A DNA stretch of 15,218 nt from Pedosphaera sp. (GCA_031414955.1 JANOQV010000299.1:1-15218), one strand, 5' to 3'. Numbered from the stretch's first letter, positions 1-9,347 are shown. Numbers and translations: made by a program. The notes: generated by a model from the letters alone, not told the origin.

Positions 1-119
1 AAGGGGGCCTGGCGTTTAAAAACCCCCCGCGGGCCGCCGTTCGGGGGTCGGGGGCCCCCCCGCGGGCCGCACTCCGTCCGGGTCTGGTGCAACCAGATTC
101 TGGATTTTAAGACCGGCTC
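1..119 (-). mobile_element. Partial second copy of the 175-bp MITE at 9644-9818, inverted and cut off by the window start
   Basis: Reverse complement of 68-119 (GAGCCGGTCTTAAAATCCAGAATCTGGTTGCACCAGACCCGGACGGAGTGCG) closely matches 9644-9695 (GAGCCGGTCTGAAAATCCAGAATCCGATGGCACCAGACCCGGACGGAGTGCG). TIR at 103-119 is followed by TTA at 120-122. Bases 1-67 still align to the element interior, but with many homopolymer-like substitutions. Confidence 0.85.
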
Positions 120-190
120 TTAGATCGGGCATGAACGGCAGGTGCGAAGGGTTCGCTGGCCGGGTGGAGTCGCGAATGGCGTCAGCTTGT

Positions 191-465
191 TCAACGAGGC
201 GGCTTCGGCTTGATGGGGTCGTCGTGCCGCCACCCCGTGTTGGTGATTACTTGGTTTCCAAAATCCCAGTTCCGGGTGGAGCGGGTCTGGCGGTTGCTGA
301 TGGTGCGGGAATGGATGGGCGAAACCAAGGCGGCGGTGGGGCGCAGGTTGATCGAGAGGTCGGGTTTACAGGTTTCGCCTTTTTGGAACCAATCGCCGTC
401 AGGGTGCGATGGAGTGTTGGCGTGACGACAACGGGCGGGCCGGGCCGCGAAAGGGCGGGGGGGGA

Positions 466-469
<4 letters not shown>
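191..469 (-). CDS. Possible small hypothetical protein or 3' gene remnant downstream of trpG/pabA
   Basis: 92-aa ORF overlapping the trpG stop by ATGA. The distal part ([55 protein letters not shown]) has mostly G/C third positions. No recognisable family. Confidence 0.25.
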
Positions 470-1035
<566 letters not shown>

Positions 1036-1047
1036 AGTTGAGGCGCG

Positions 1048-1075
1048 AAGTTAATGGGCCGATGAGCTTGTGCAA
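1048..1075 (-). promoter_or_regulatory. Putative sigma70-type promoter for trpG/pabA (near-leaderless)
   Basis: Minus strand reads TTGCAC-N16-TAACTT-N12-ATG, with no Shine-Dalgarno sequence. Confidence 0.45.
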
Positions 1076-1174
1076 TAGATTTGTAAAACTTGAACCGGGC
1101 GGGCGAATTTTCCATCGACGAGCTTCGTCAGGCGGAGTTACAAGCTCGGTTTTAGAACCGCTTCGGGGAATACA

Positions 1175-2398
1175 ATGATCGCAGAAAGCATTTCGTCATG
1201 GGGGAGATGGTCAGTTCGAGGGCTGGCCGGACCGAGCCAGGCCGTGCGTCGCTGGCACTTCCTGCTGCCCTTCGCCCTGTTCCTGGTCTGCGGCCTGGCC
1301 GCCGCCACGGCCACCACCAATGCTACGCCCGAAGGGGCGCCCGCCCGCCCCCGAGAACGGACCGGCGGCATCACATATTTCCACGACGAGATCACGGACG
1401 TGCCGTGGTCGGTTCACATCGTGAAGGTGGATCGTTCGCATCCCGAGTTGCGCTTTGAAACCACGCTCGGGGCGGGGCGGCAGATTGGGATGAGCCTCGT
1501 GTCGGATCAGGTCAAGGCGCTCTCGGTTTCGCAAGGGCGCCCGCTGGCGGCGGTGAATGGCGACTTCTATAAAACCAGCGGTAGTTACCCAGGTGATCCC
1601 GAGGGAGTGCAGATTTTTCATGGTGAACTGGTCAGTGCCCCCCGGCCCACGCACTCATGTTTCTGGGTGGATGCGGGCGGTGCCCCGCGCATCACCAACG
1701 TCCAGTCTCGATTCCAGGTCACGCTGCCGGGCGGAACATCGTTGGCCTTCGGGCTGAATGAGGAGCGGGGGAAGGACGCGGTGGTCTTGTTCACGGCCGC
1801 GAATGGTGCTTCGACCCGCGCCCGGGGCGGGGTGGAGCTGGTTTTGATGCGCGGTCCGGACGGTCCGTGGCTGCCGATCCAGGCGGGTACGGTTTACCAG
1901 GCGCGGGTCAAGCAGGTGAACGAGGAAGGCAATTCGCCGCTCGCCGTCGAGACCATGGTGTTGTCCGCCGGGCCGGAGGTGTCCGCGAAGTTCGCCGGGT
2001 TGAAGCCGGGCGATGCAATTAAGATTTCCACCGGCACGCTGCCGGACTTGGCGGGCAGCCAGGTGGCGATCGGCGGCGGCCCGGCCTTGGTGCGCGGCGG
2101 AGTGGCGCTGACTTTCTCCGGGTTGCAACCGCGCCATCCTCGCACGGCACTCGGCTGGAATCGCGAGCATTACTTCCTGGTCGAGGTCGATGGGCGGCAA
2201 CGGGCGTCCGCCGGGATGAGTTTTCCCGAACTGGCCACCTACCTGGCCAAGCTCGGCTGCACCGACGCCATCAATCTCGACGGCGGTGGCTCGGCCACGC
2301 TCTGGGCCTTTGGCAACGTGATGAACAATCCCTCGGAAGGTCGCGAGCGCCCCGCCGCCAACGGACTGGTGCTCGTGCGCAAGCCAGCCCAGGATTGA
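1175..2398 (+). CDS. Exported phosphodiester glycosidase family protein (NAGPA-like); the start may be the in-frame GTG at 1244
   Basis: Signal-peptide-like RRWHFLLPFALFLVCGLAAA. Family motifs AAVNGDFY, IGGGPALV, RHPRTALG, VDGRQ..SAGMS, AINLDGGGS and NPSEGRERPAANGL. Confidence 0.88.
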   Translation: MIAESISSWGRWSVRGLAGPSQAVRRWHFLLPFALFLVCGLAAATATTNATPEGAPARPRERTGGITYFHDEITDVPWSVHIVKVDRSHPELRFETTLGAGRQIGMSLVSDQVKALSVSQGRPLAAVNGDFYKTSGSYPGDPEGVQIFHGELVSAPRPTHSCFWVDAGGAPRITNVQSRFQVTLPGGTSLAFGLNEERGKDAVVLFTAANGASTRARGGVELVLMRGPDGPWLPIQAGTVYQARVKQVNEEGNSPLAVETMVLSAGPEVSAKFAGLKPGDAIKISTGTLPDLAGSQVAIGGGPALVRGGVALTFSGLQPRHPRTALGWNREHYFLVEVDGRQRASAGMSFPELATYLAKLGCTDAINLDGGGSATLWAFGNVMNNPSEGRERPAANGLVLVRKPAQD

Positions 2399-2413
2399 TC
2401 GCCCAGCGATTGC

Positions 2414-2441
2414 TTGCCAGGTGCCGCTCGGGCGGCAACTT
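2414..2441 (+). promoter_or_regulatory. Putative leaderless promoter for the CotH gene
   Basis: TTGCCA(2414)-N16-CAACTT(2436)-N7-ATG(2449). Confidence 0.35.
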
Positions 2442-2448
2442 TCCCTCC

Positions 2449-4053
2449 ATGCGTGGCGCATTTCTTCGCTTCCCATTTCTCCGCGCTGGGTTGCTCGGAG
2501 CCTTGCTTCTGACGGGGCCGGCCCGTCTGCCTGCCGAGGACAGCAACGCCGTGGCCGGAGCCAGCCTCTTTGCCAACTCCGCGCCGCGCCTCATCTCGAT
2601 CACGATTGCCCCCGAGGACATTGCGGCGCTGCGCCGGGAACCCCGCAAGCATGTCCCCGCGACGTTGCGCGAGGGCACGAACGTCCTGGCGCAGGCGGGC
2701 CTCCACCTCAAGGGATCGATCGGGAGCTTCCGTCCCATTGATGATCGACCGGCCCTCACCCTCAGCTTCGACAAATTCGTGCCGGGGCAGCGGTTTCACG
2801 GCTTGCGGCGGATTCACCTGAACAACTCGGTCGAGGATGCGACTTACATGCACGAGTTGATCGGCGGAGAATTGTTTCGCGCCGCCGGAGTGCCCGCCCC
2901 GCGCGCCGGGCATGCACTGGTGGAATTGAACGGACGCCGGCTCGGGCTGTATGTCTTGAAGGAGGGTTTCACCGAGGATTTGCTCGCGCTCCATTTTTGG
3001 CATCCCGACGGTGATCTCTACGAGCCGGCGCTGGACGGACACGATGTTCACGAGCCGTTGGAGAAATCGCTGGGCCGGAAGCCCGAGGATCGGAGCAACC
3101 TGGAGGCCCTGGCTGGTGCCGCCACGGAGCCGAACCTCGAACGCCGCTGGTTGCGGTTGCAGGGCGTGCTGGACATGGATCGTTTCGTCTCCTTCATGGC
3201 GCTGGAGATTCTTCTTGGGCATCGCGACGGCTACTGCCTGGCGCGGAATAATTTCCGGGTCTATCACGACGTGGACTCTGCCCGCATCGTGTTCATGCCC
3301 CACGGCATGGATCAGTTGTTTGGCAACGCCCGCGCCACCATCGCTCCGCGCATGAGCGGCCTGGCGGCGCGGGCCGTCCTCGAAACTCCCCCGGGCCGGC
3401 TGGCTTACCGCGACCGTTGCGCGGCGCTCCTGACCAATGGGCTGGATGCGCGCCAGGTCGGCACCCGCATCGATCAAGTGCTGGCTGGCGTGCGCCCGGT
3501 CCTGGCCGCGCCGGAAGCGGCGGCCCTGGATCGTGAGTGCGCCCGGTTGAAGGAACGTATCGCCGCGCGCTGGCAGGACGCCACGAAGCAACTGGGCCAG
3601 GCCTTTCTCGATCCGCTGCGGTTCACCAACAACGTGGGCCGGCCTTCGGACTGGCAGGCGGTCGATGTGCCCGAGGGCGGTCGGGTGGAACAGGCCGCTG
3701 CGCCGGACGGCCAACCGGCCCTGGCCATGTTCGCCGGACCAGTCACCTCGGCTTCCTGGCGGACGAAGGTTTTGCTCCCGCGCGGGCGTTATCAATTTGA
3801 GGGGCGCATCCGCACGGACGGCGTGGCTCCGCTGCCTTTTGGCAAGAATCACGGGGCCGCACTCCATGTCAGCGAATTCCCGCGCCCGCAGGACGCGCGC
3901 CTGACCGGCACCCAGCCCTGGAAGATTTATGCCGCGCCTTTCGAGATCACCGAAGAGGAGCGCGAGGTGCAACTGATCTGCGAACTGCGGGCCAGTCAAG
4001 GCACGGCGTGGTTCGAGGTTTCGTCTTTGCGCGTGCTCCGGCTGGAGCCGTGA
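2449..4053 (+). CDS. Exported CotH-family atypical kinase with a C-terminal galactose-binding-like/CBM-type domain
   Basis: ATG 2449 gives a signal peptide (MRGAFLRFPFLRAGLLGALLLTG). CotH-type motifs HLKGS, F.GLRRIHLNNS..D, AGVPAPRA, LGLYVLKE, GDLYE, LDMDRF..FMALE, DGY..ARNNFRVY, FMPHGMDQLF. The C-terminal GRYQFEGRIRT..GTQPW..F..ELRASQGTAWF segment resembles a CBM4/9-like jelly roll. Confidence 0.85.
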   Translation: MRGAFLRFPFLRAGLLGALLLTGPARLPAEDSNAVAGASLFANSAPRLISITIAPEDIAALRREPRKHVPATLREGTNVLAQAGLHLKGSIGSFRPIDDRPALTLSFDKFVPGQRFHGLRRIHLNNSVEDATYMHELIGGELFRAAGVPAPRAGHALVELNGRRLGLYVLKEGFTEDLLALHFWHPDGDLYEPALDGHDVHEPLEKSLGRKPEDRSNLEALAGAATEPNLERRWLRLQGVLDMDRFVSFMALEILLGHRDGYCLARNNFRVYHDVDSARIVFMPHGMDQLFGNARATIAPRMSGLAARAVLETPPGRLAYRDRCAALLTNGLDARQVGTRIDQVLAGVRPVLAAPEAAALDRECARLKERIAARWQDATKQLGQAFLDPLRFTNNVGRPSDWQAVDVPEGGRVEQAAAPDGQPALAMFAGPVTSASWRTKVLLPRGRYQFEGRIRTDGVAPLPFGKNHGAALHVSEFPRPQDARLTGTQPWKIYAAPFEITEEEREVQLICELRASQGTAWFEVSSLRVLRLEP

Positions 4054-4228
4054 ATTCGGGACGGCGCAGTCTGCGGAACCTTCCGGGCCTGGCCGCTCGC
4101 GGGGGTGCGCCTGTCACGCTTAACAAGCGCCGTCGTTGGCAATCCGGGCGGCTTCACCTAGCCTGCGCGGCGTTTCCGGTTGGGTGAGAATATCAATGAG
4201 TCCCCCGGCGTCGAAGCCGGACCAAAGA

Positions 4229-6457
4229 ATGATGCGTGATTTAATTTGCGGCGGATGGCTGGTCCTGATGCTCGTGCTGCCGTGCGCAGCCCAGCGCGGC
4301 GACAAGAAGGGCGAGGGGCAAGTTTCCCTCGTGCCGGCGGAGATGGTTCCGCCCGCCCCGCCTCTCTCGCCCGCCGAGGCCTTGCGAAAATTTCAGATCG
4401 CGCCCGGCTTCAAAATTCAAACCGTGGCGCATGAGCCGATGGTTCAGTCACCCATCGCGCTGCAATTCGATCCCGATGGCCGCCTCTGGGTCTTGGAGAT
4501 GCGCGGCTTCATGCCCAATCCGCAAGGCACCGGCGAAGACCAGCCCGTGGGGCGCGTGTCGATTCTCGAGGATGCCGATGGCGATGGTGTGGCCGATCAG
4601 AGCAAAGTCTTTCTCGACGGGCTGATCATGCCCCGCGCCTTTCTGCTCGTGCGCGGCGGATTGTTGCTGGCCGAGCCGCCGAAACTTTTTTTCTATCCCA
4701 TCCTCAACGACCGGCCCGGCCCGCGCGAAGTGGTGGATGAGGATTTCGCCCGGGGTGCGGACGCGCGGTCGGGCCGGGGCAATCCTGAGCACGCCGCGAA
4801 CAGCCTCACCCTGGCGCTGGACAACTGGATTTACAGCATGGACCACACGCGGCGTTACCGCTTCCGCGTCGGCCAGTGGATGCAGGAGGCCAATCCCAAG
4901 CGCGCGCAATATGGCCTGGCCCAGGACAATTACGGGCGGCTCTTCTACAACTCGAACAGCGATCAGTTGCGCGGCGATCTGGTCCCGTCGGTTTACGGGG
5001 CGAAGGCGGGGCCGGGGTTGAAACTTCCCGGACTGGGCGCGCAATTGATCCGTGATCAGTCGGTCTGGCCCGCGCGCGTGAATCCCGGCGTGAACCGCGC
5101 CTATCAGCCCGGCACGCTGCGCGCGGATTACACGCTCAAGAATTTCACCGCCGCCTGCGGGACGAGCATTTATCGCGGCGACGCGCTGCCGTTGGATTGC
5201 CAGGGCAACGCTTTTCTCTGCGAGCCTTCGGCCAACGTGGTGCGCCGCAACGTGCTCGAGGAAACGGACGGCGTGATCAACGCGCGCAATGCTTACGACA
5301 AAAAGGAATTCCTCGCTTCCACCGATGAGATTTTCCGCCCGGTGAACACCGGCACGGGGCCGGATGGCGCGCTCTACATCGCGGACATGTATCACGGCAT
5401 TATTCAGCACCGCGTGTTTCTCACCAGCTACCTGCGGCAACAGTCCGAGTCGCGCGGGCTGGATCGGGTCACGAACTACGGTCGCATCTACCGCGTGACG
5501 CATGAGACGACGAAGCCGGCTCCGCGCCTGGCCTTGTCCAAGGCGACAACGCGGGAACTCGTGGCGCACCTCGCGAGCGCGAACGGCTGGCGGCGCGATA
5601 CCGCCCAGCGGTTGCTCGTGGAGCGAAACGATCCGGCGGCGATCGCGGCCCTGGTCGCGCTGGCTTTCAATCCCACCAATGAACTGGCCCGGCTGCACGC
5701 GCTGTGGACGTTGGAGGGAATGAACCAGGTGGAGGCGGCGCTGTTGCTCAAGGCCCTGGAGGATCAACACCCGAAGGTGCGCGCGGCGGCGGTGCGCCTG
5801 GCCGAGCCACTGCTGCGCGTGTCATCGCCGGAGACGGCGCAGTTGCGCCAGCGGATCCTGGCCCTGGCGGAGGATGGCGCGGCGGACGTGCGGATTCAGG
5901 TGGCGCTTTCACTGGGTGAGGTGGCGGTTGATGACGCGAGCCAGGCGGCGTTGCGAACGCTCAGCCAGAGCAAGTTTGTCCTGGCGAAAGGCGCGGCGAA
6001 TTTTTCCCTCGCGGCGCGAGAACTGAAACCGGTTGAACCAGTGAAATCGAAGTCGAGCCGGCTCTCCGCCGCCGAGTTAAAGCGCGTCGAGGCGGGCAAG
6101 GCCAATTACGAAATGGTCTGCCTGCCTTGTCATCAGCCGCACGGACTGGGGCAGGAAGGCCTGGCTCCGCCGCTCGCCGGCTCGGAGTGGGTGTCGGGTT
6201 CCGAGCAGCGCCTGATTCGCCTGGTGCTGCACGGATTGCGCGGGCCGATCACAGTCAAGGGTCAGCCCTTCGAGCTGGACATGCCGGCGCTGGGCGTGCT
6301 GGAAGACGAACAGATCGCCACCGTCCTCACCTATATTCGCAACGAGTGGGGGCACTCGTACGCGCCCGTGGCTGATGCGACCGTGAAGCAAACGCGCGCG
6401 CAAACTGCCGACCGGGCAGACGCGTGGACGCAAGACGAACTCAAGAAGATCAAATAG
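4229..6457 (+). CDS. PVC-type heme-binding CxxCH protein: glucose/sorbosone dehydrogenase-like beta-propeller, HEAT-like repeats and C-terminal class I cytochrome c
   Basis: LSPAEAL..F.IAPGF.I..VAHEPMV.SP...FDPDGRLWVLEM, LEDADGDGVAD, FLASTDEIFRPV..GPDGALYIADMY, NGWRRDTAQRLL, RLHALWTL, heme motif CLPCH (~6119-6133), APPLAGSEWV, distal Met in MPALG, IATVLTYIRNEWG. Start placed at ATG 4229 for the signal peptide; 4196 and 4232 are alternatives. Confidence 0.88.
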   Translation: MMRDLICGGWLVLMLVLPCAAQRGDKKGEGQVSLVPAEMVPPAPPLSPAEALRKFQIAPGFKIQTVAHEPMVQSPIALQFDPDGRLWVLEMRGFMPNPQGTGEDQPVGRVSILEDADGDGVADQSKVFLDGLIMPRAFLLVRGGLLLAEPPKLFFYPILNDRPGPREVVDEDFARGADARSGRGNPEHAANSLTLALDNWIYSMDHTRRYRFRVGQWMQEANPKRAQYGLAQDNYGRLFYNSNSDQLRGDLVPSVYGAKAGPGLKLPGLGAQLIRDQSVWPARVNPGVNRAYQPGTLRADYTLKNFTAACGTSIYRGDALPLDCQGNAFLCEPSANVVRRNVLEETDGVINARNAYDKKEFLASTDEIFRPVNTGTGPDGALYIADMYHGIIQHRVFLTSYLRQQSESRGLDRVTNYGRIYRVTHETTKPAPRLALSKATTRELVAHLASANGWRRDTAQRLLVERNDPAAIAALVALAFNPTNELARLHALWTLEGMNQVEAALLLKALEDQHPKVRAAAVRLAEPLLRVSSPETAQLRQRILALAEDGAADVRIQVALSLGEVAVDDASQAALRTLSQSKFVLAKGAANFSLAARELKPVEPVKSKSSRLSAAELKRVEAGKANYEMVCLPCHQPHGLGQEGLAPPLAGSEWVSGSEQRLIRLVLHGLRGPITVKGQPFELDMPALGVLEDEQIATVLTYIRNEWGHSYAPVADATVKQTRAQTADRADAWTQDELKKIK

Positions 6458-6488
6458 TCCCAAGCGCCTGTCGTCGATAAACCCGGCC

Positions 6489-8540
6489 ATGAATAGAACA
6501 AGATGTGAGTGTGATTCTCGCTCCGCCCTGATGGGCAGGCGTCCTGCGGGCGGGTCTTTCATCCCGTTCCTCGCGCTCGTGGCCTGCATGGCGCTCGCCT
6601 GGAACGTGCTGGCCGCAGACGATGATCTCACCAAGCGTGAAAAAAAGATCGCCGAGACACGCGTCTGGCTGACCAATGAGTTTCGTCCCTGGCTGACCAA
6701 TACATTTCCCGAGGTGCGGCAAAAACCGTGGCCCGAATGGTTCGTGAATCCGCCCTCCCGGACGCGGTTGCCGACCTTTCTGACCAACACCTTCCTCACC
6801 ATCGAATCCGAGGAGTTCCCCGACTGGTTCCTGAACCCCGAGGAGGAATGGCTGGCCAAGGGCATTCCTGAATTCTGGAAGGACGTGCAGAAAAAAGATC
6901 CCACCGTGCCCCCGGTGAAAAACCTCCCCGCCATCACGCGCGGGCCGTATCTGCAAATGGGCACGACCAACAGCATGATGATTCGTTGGCGCACGGATCA
7001 ATCGGTGCCCGGCGTGGTGAGTTTTGGAAAGTCCCCGGACAAACTCAGCAAACAGGCCAAGGCCACCGGCACGCGCACGGAGCATGTGGTGGTGCTGACC
7101 AACCTGGCCCCGAAGACCAAGTATTTTTACTCCATCGGCACGCGCGACATTCCCCTCATTGTACAATTGACGAACAAGGTGGCGATCGTGGGCGTGACCA
7201 ACGGCACGCTCCATGTCAGTTCGCGGGCGACGAATTTGGAACTGGCCGCGGTCAGCAACAGCCGGTTCATCTTCACGCTGAAGCAGGGGCGGCTGTCCTT
7301 CGCCAGCGCGGATGGAAAGATCCAGCGCGACACCACCAACACCACCTTGCTGCTCAGCACCCTGACCAGCCTCATGTCGCTCTCGGTCAGCAACGGCGCG
7401 CTGGTGGTGGGCACGTCGGATCAAATGATTCCGCTGGATGGCGGCGAGGTGGGCAAGAAGGCGAAGAAGCCCACCAAACATTTCACCATCGGTGCCACCA
7501 ATGTCAGCTTCGTCGGCGCGGACGAAGCCACCCACTTCGTGACCCACCCGCACATCGGCACGAGCGAACCGGTGCGCGTCTGGGTGCTGGGCGATGCCGG
7601 CACGCGCAAGCCGGAAGAGAAGCGCGTGCGCGACGCCTATTACAAATGGACCGCCGACCGGCCCACCGATCTCTGGCTCATGCTGGGCGACAACGCCTAC
7701 GGCAGCGGCAAGGACGAGGAGTACCAGGGTGCCGTCTTCAAGATGTTTGACGCCATGCTGCGCAAGTCCGTGCTCTGGCCCTGCCTCGGCAATCACGACG
7801 CGGGCAGTGCCAGTTCACCTTCCCAGTCTGGTGTTTACTACGACATCTTCACCCTGCCGACCCAGGGCCAGTCGGGCGGCGTGCTCTCCGGCACCGAGGC
7901 GTATTATTCCTGGGATTACGCGAACATCCATTTCATCAGTCTTGATTCCAGCGACAGCGACTGGGGCGAGGACGGCCTGATGGTGCGCTGGCTGAAAATC
8001 GACCTGCAATTGAACCAGCAGGACTGGCTGGTCGTGTTCTGCCATCACCCGCCGTACACCAAAGGCAGCCATGACTCCGACAAGGACAAGGACAGCGACG
8101 CGCGCATGCGCAAGATGCGCGAAGTGGTGCTGCCGTTGCTCGAACAACACGGGCTGGACTTGATGCTCACCGGCCACAGCCACGCCTATGAGCGTTCCTA
8201 CCTGATGGATGGCGCTTACAGCCAGTCCTGGAACATCAATGCCGACGCGAATTTCAAGAGCACCAAGGACGGGCGGCCGGATGGCACTGGCCTCTACACA
8301 AAACCCTCGCGCGGTCCGGCCCCGCATGAAGGCGCGGTCTATGTGGTCGCGGGATCGTCGGGGCAAATCAGCGGCGGAGGCTTGCAACATCCCGCCATGT
8401 GTCTCTCGCTGAACACGCTTGGCTCGCTCGTGCTCGACTTTGACGGCCAGCGCCTGGACGCCACCTTCATCGACGACAAGGCGGCGGTGCGCGATTATTT
8501 CACCATCCAGAAGGGCGGGGGAGTGAAGACGGCGCGGTGA
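6489..8540 (+). CDS. Exported purple acid phosphatase-type metallophosphoesterase with an FN3-like N-terminal domain (start 6489 or 6531)
   Basis: All five PAP motifs are present: GDAG, GDNAY, GNHD, HHPPY and GHSH. The FN3-like domain is RGPYLQ..IRWRTD..HVVVLTNL.PKTKYFYSIG. Hydrophobic signal FIPFLALVACMALAWNVLA. Confidence 0.9.
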   Translation: MNRTRCECDSRSALMGRRPAGGSFIPFLALVACMALAWNVLAADDDLTKREKKIAETRVWLTNEFRPWLTNTFPEVRQKPWPEWFVNPPSRTRLPTFLTNTFLTIESEEFPDWFLNPEEEWLAKGIPEFWKDVQKKDPTVPPVKNLPAITRGPYLQMGTTNSMMIRWRTDQSVPGVVSFGKSPDKLSKQAKATGTRTEHVVVLTNLAPKTKYFYSIGTRDIPLIVQLTNKVAIVGVTNGTLHVSSRATNLELAAVSNSRFIFTLKQGRLSFASADGKIQRDTTNTTLLLSTLTSLMSLSVSNGALVVGTSDQMIPLDGGEVGKKAKKPTKHFTIGATNVSFVGADEATHFVTHPHIGTSEPVRVWVLGDAGTRKPEEKRVRDAYYKWTADRPTDLWLMLGDNAYGSGKDEEYQGAVFKMFDAMLRKSVLWPCLGNHDAGSASSPSQSGVYYDIFTLPTQGQSGGVLSGTEAYYSWDYANIHFISLDSSDSDWGEDGLMVRWLKIDLQLNQQDWLVVFCHHPPYTKGSHDSDKDKDSDARMRKMREVVLPLLEQHGLDLMLTGHSHAYERSYLMDGAYSQSWNINADANFKSTKDGRPDGTGLYTKPSRGPAPHEGAVYVVAGSSGQISGGGLQHPAMCLSLNTLGSLVLDFDGQRLDATFIDDKAAVRDYFTIQKGGGVKTAR

Positions 8541-8578
8541 AGTTGGGGCGTCGGCCCTGGCGGGCGGCCCGCCGCCGC

Positions 8579-8608
8579 TTGCTCCGCGTGACCTGCGCTG
8601 GTTAAGCT
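8579..8608 (+). promoter_or_regulatory. Putative leaderless promoter for the DUF2959 gene
   Basis: TTGCTC(8579)-N18-TAAGCT(8603)-N6-ATG(8615). Confidence 0.45.
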
Positions 8609-8614
8609 CCGCCC

Positions 8615-9262
8615 ATGAACACTCGGATTTGTCTCGGAATCTTTCTCGTCGCCCTGATCGCGGTGGGCAGCGGTTGCAGCAGCGCCATGTATTCGGCCTA
8701 CGAAACTTTCGGCGTGTACAAGCGCGACCTGCTCAAGAAGCGCGTGGTGGCCGCGCGGGACGAACAGAAGGAGGCCGGGGATCAGTTCAAGGATGCGTTG
8801 ACCAAGTTGCGCGCCATGTACGGCAGCTCGGGGAGCGAACTGGAAAAAGCCTACGATCAACTCCAGGGCGAATACGATCAGTCGGTGGCCAAGGCCGGGG
8901 CCGTGCGCAAGCGCGTGCGTGACATGGAGGATGTGGCGGAGGATTTGTTCAAAGAGTGGGAGAAGGAGATCAAGGAGATCACCTCGGAGACGATGCGCGC
9001 CGGCAGCCGGGACCAGTTGCGCCAGACCCGCAACCGCTACGAGGAGATGCACAACTCACTCAAGCGCGCCGAGGAAAGCATGGCCCCGGTGCTGACGAAG
9101 TTTAAGGACCATGTGCTCTACCTCAAACACAACCTCAACGCCCAGGCCATCGCCTCGCTCAAGGGCGAGGCCACCAGCATCCAGAACGACATCGCGAAAC
9201 TCATCGCGGACATGACCAAGTCCATCGAGCAGGCCGACTCCTTCATCAAGCAGATGCCGTAA
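8615..9262 (+). CDS. DUF2959 family coiled-coil lipoprotein
   Basis: Lipoprotein-type signal ending GSGC. Family-typical Y.A.E.FG..KRDLL..RV..ARD.Q.EA..QF, VAEDLF.EWE.E, AE..M.PVL..F.D.VLYLKHNLNAQAIASL.GE. Confidence 0.88.
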   Translation: MNTRICLGIFLVALIAVGSGCSSAMYSAYETFGVYKRDLLKKRVVAARDEQKEAGDQFKDALTKLRAMYGSSGSELEKAYDQLQGEYDQSVAKAGAVRKRVRDMEDVAEDLFKEWEKEIKEITSETMRAGSRDQLRQTRNRYEEMHNSLKRAEESMAPVLTKFKDHVLYLKHNLNAQAIASLKGEATSIQNDIAKLIADMTKSIEQADSFIKQMP

Positions 9263-9347
9263 GGCCGGCTTTTCTCCGCCCGCTCGCGAGCATGGCCCTC
9301 CGGGGGGAGGCTGCTTTTCGGAGGCATGGCACCTTGGCCCGCGCGTT

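Noticed and set aside
1036..1174. trp attenuator or leader peptide upstream of trpG
   Set aside because: No Trp-codon leader ORF is visible, and the promoter-like motif sits almost directly on the start codon.
2239..3999. Long antisense/overlapping ORFs (e.g. 2239-3999 -, 4448-5770 -, 6450-7796 -, 11081-12754 +, 409-1041 +)
   Set aside because: Shadow frames of well-supported genes in high-GC DNA, with no recognisable motifs.
9263..9347. Rho-independent terminator after DUF2959 (and the GC hairpin near 8559-8573)
   Set aside because: Only weak GC pairings without a convincing adjacent U-tract.
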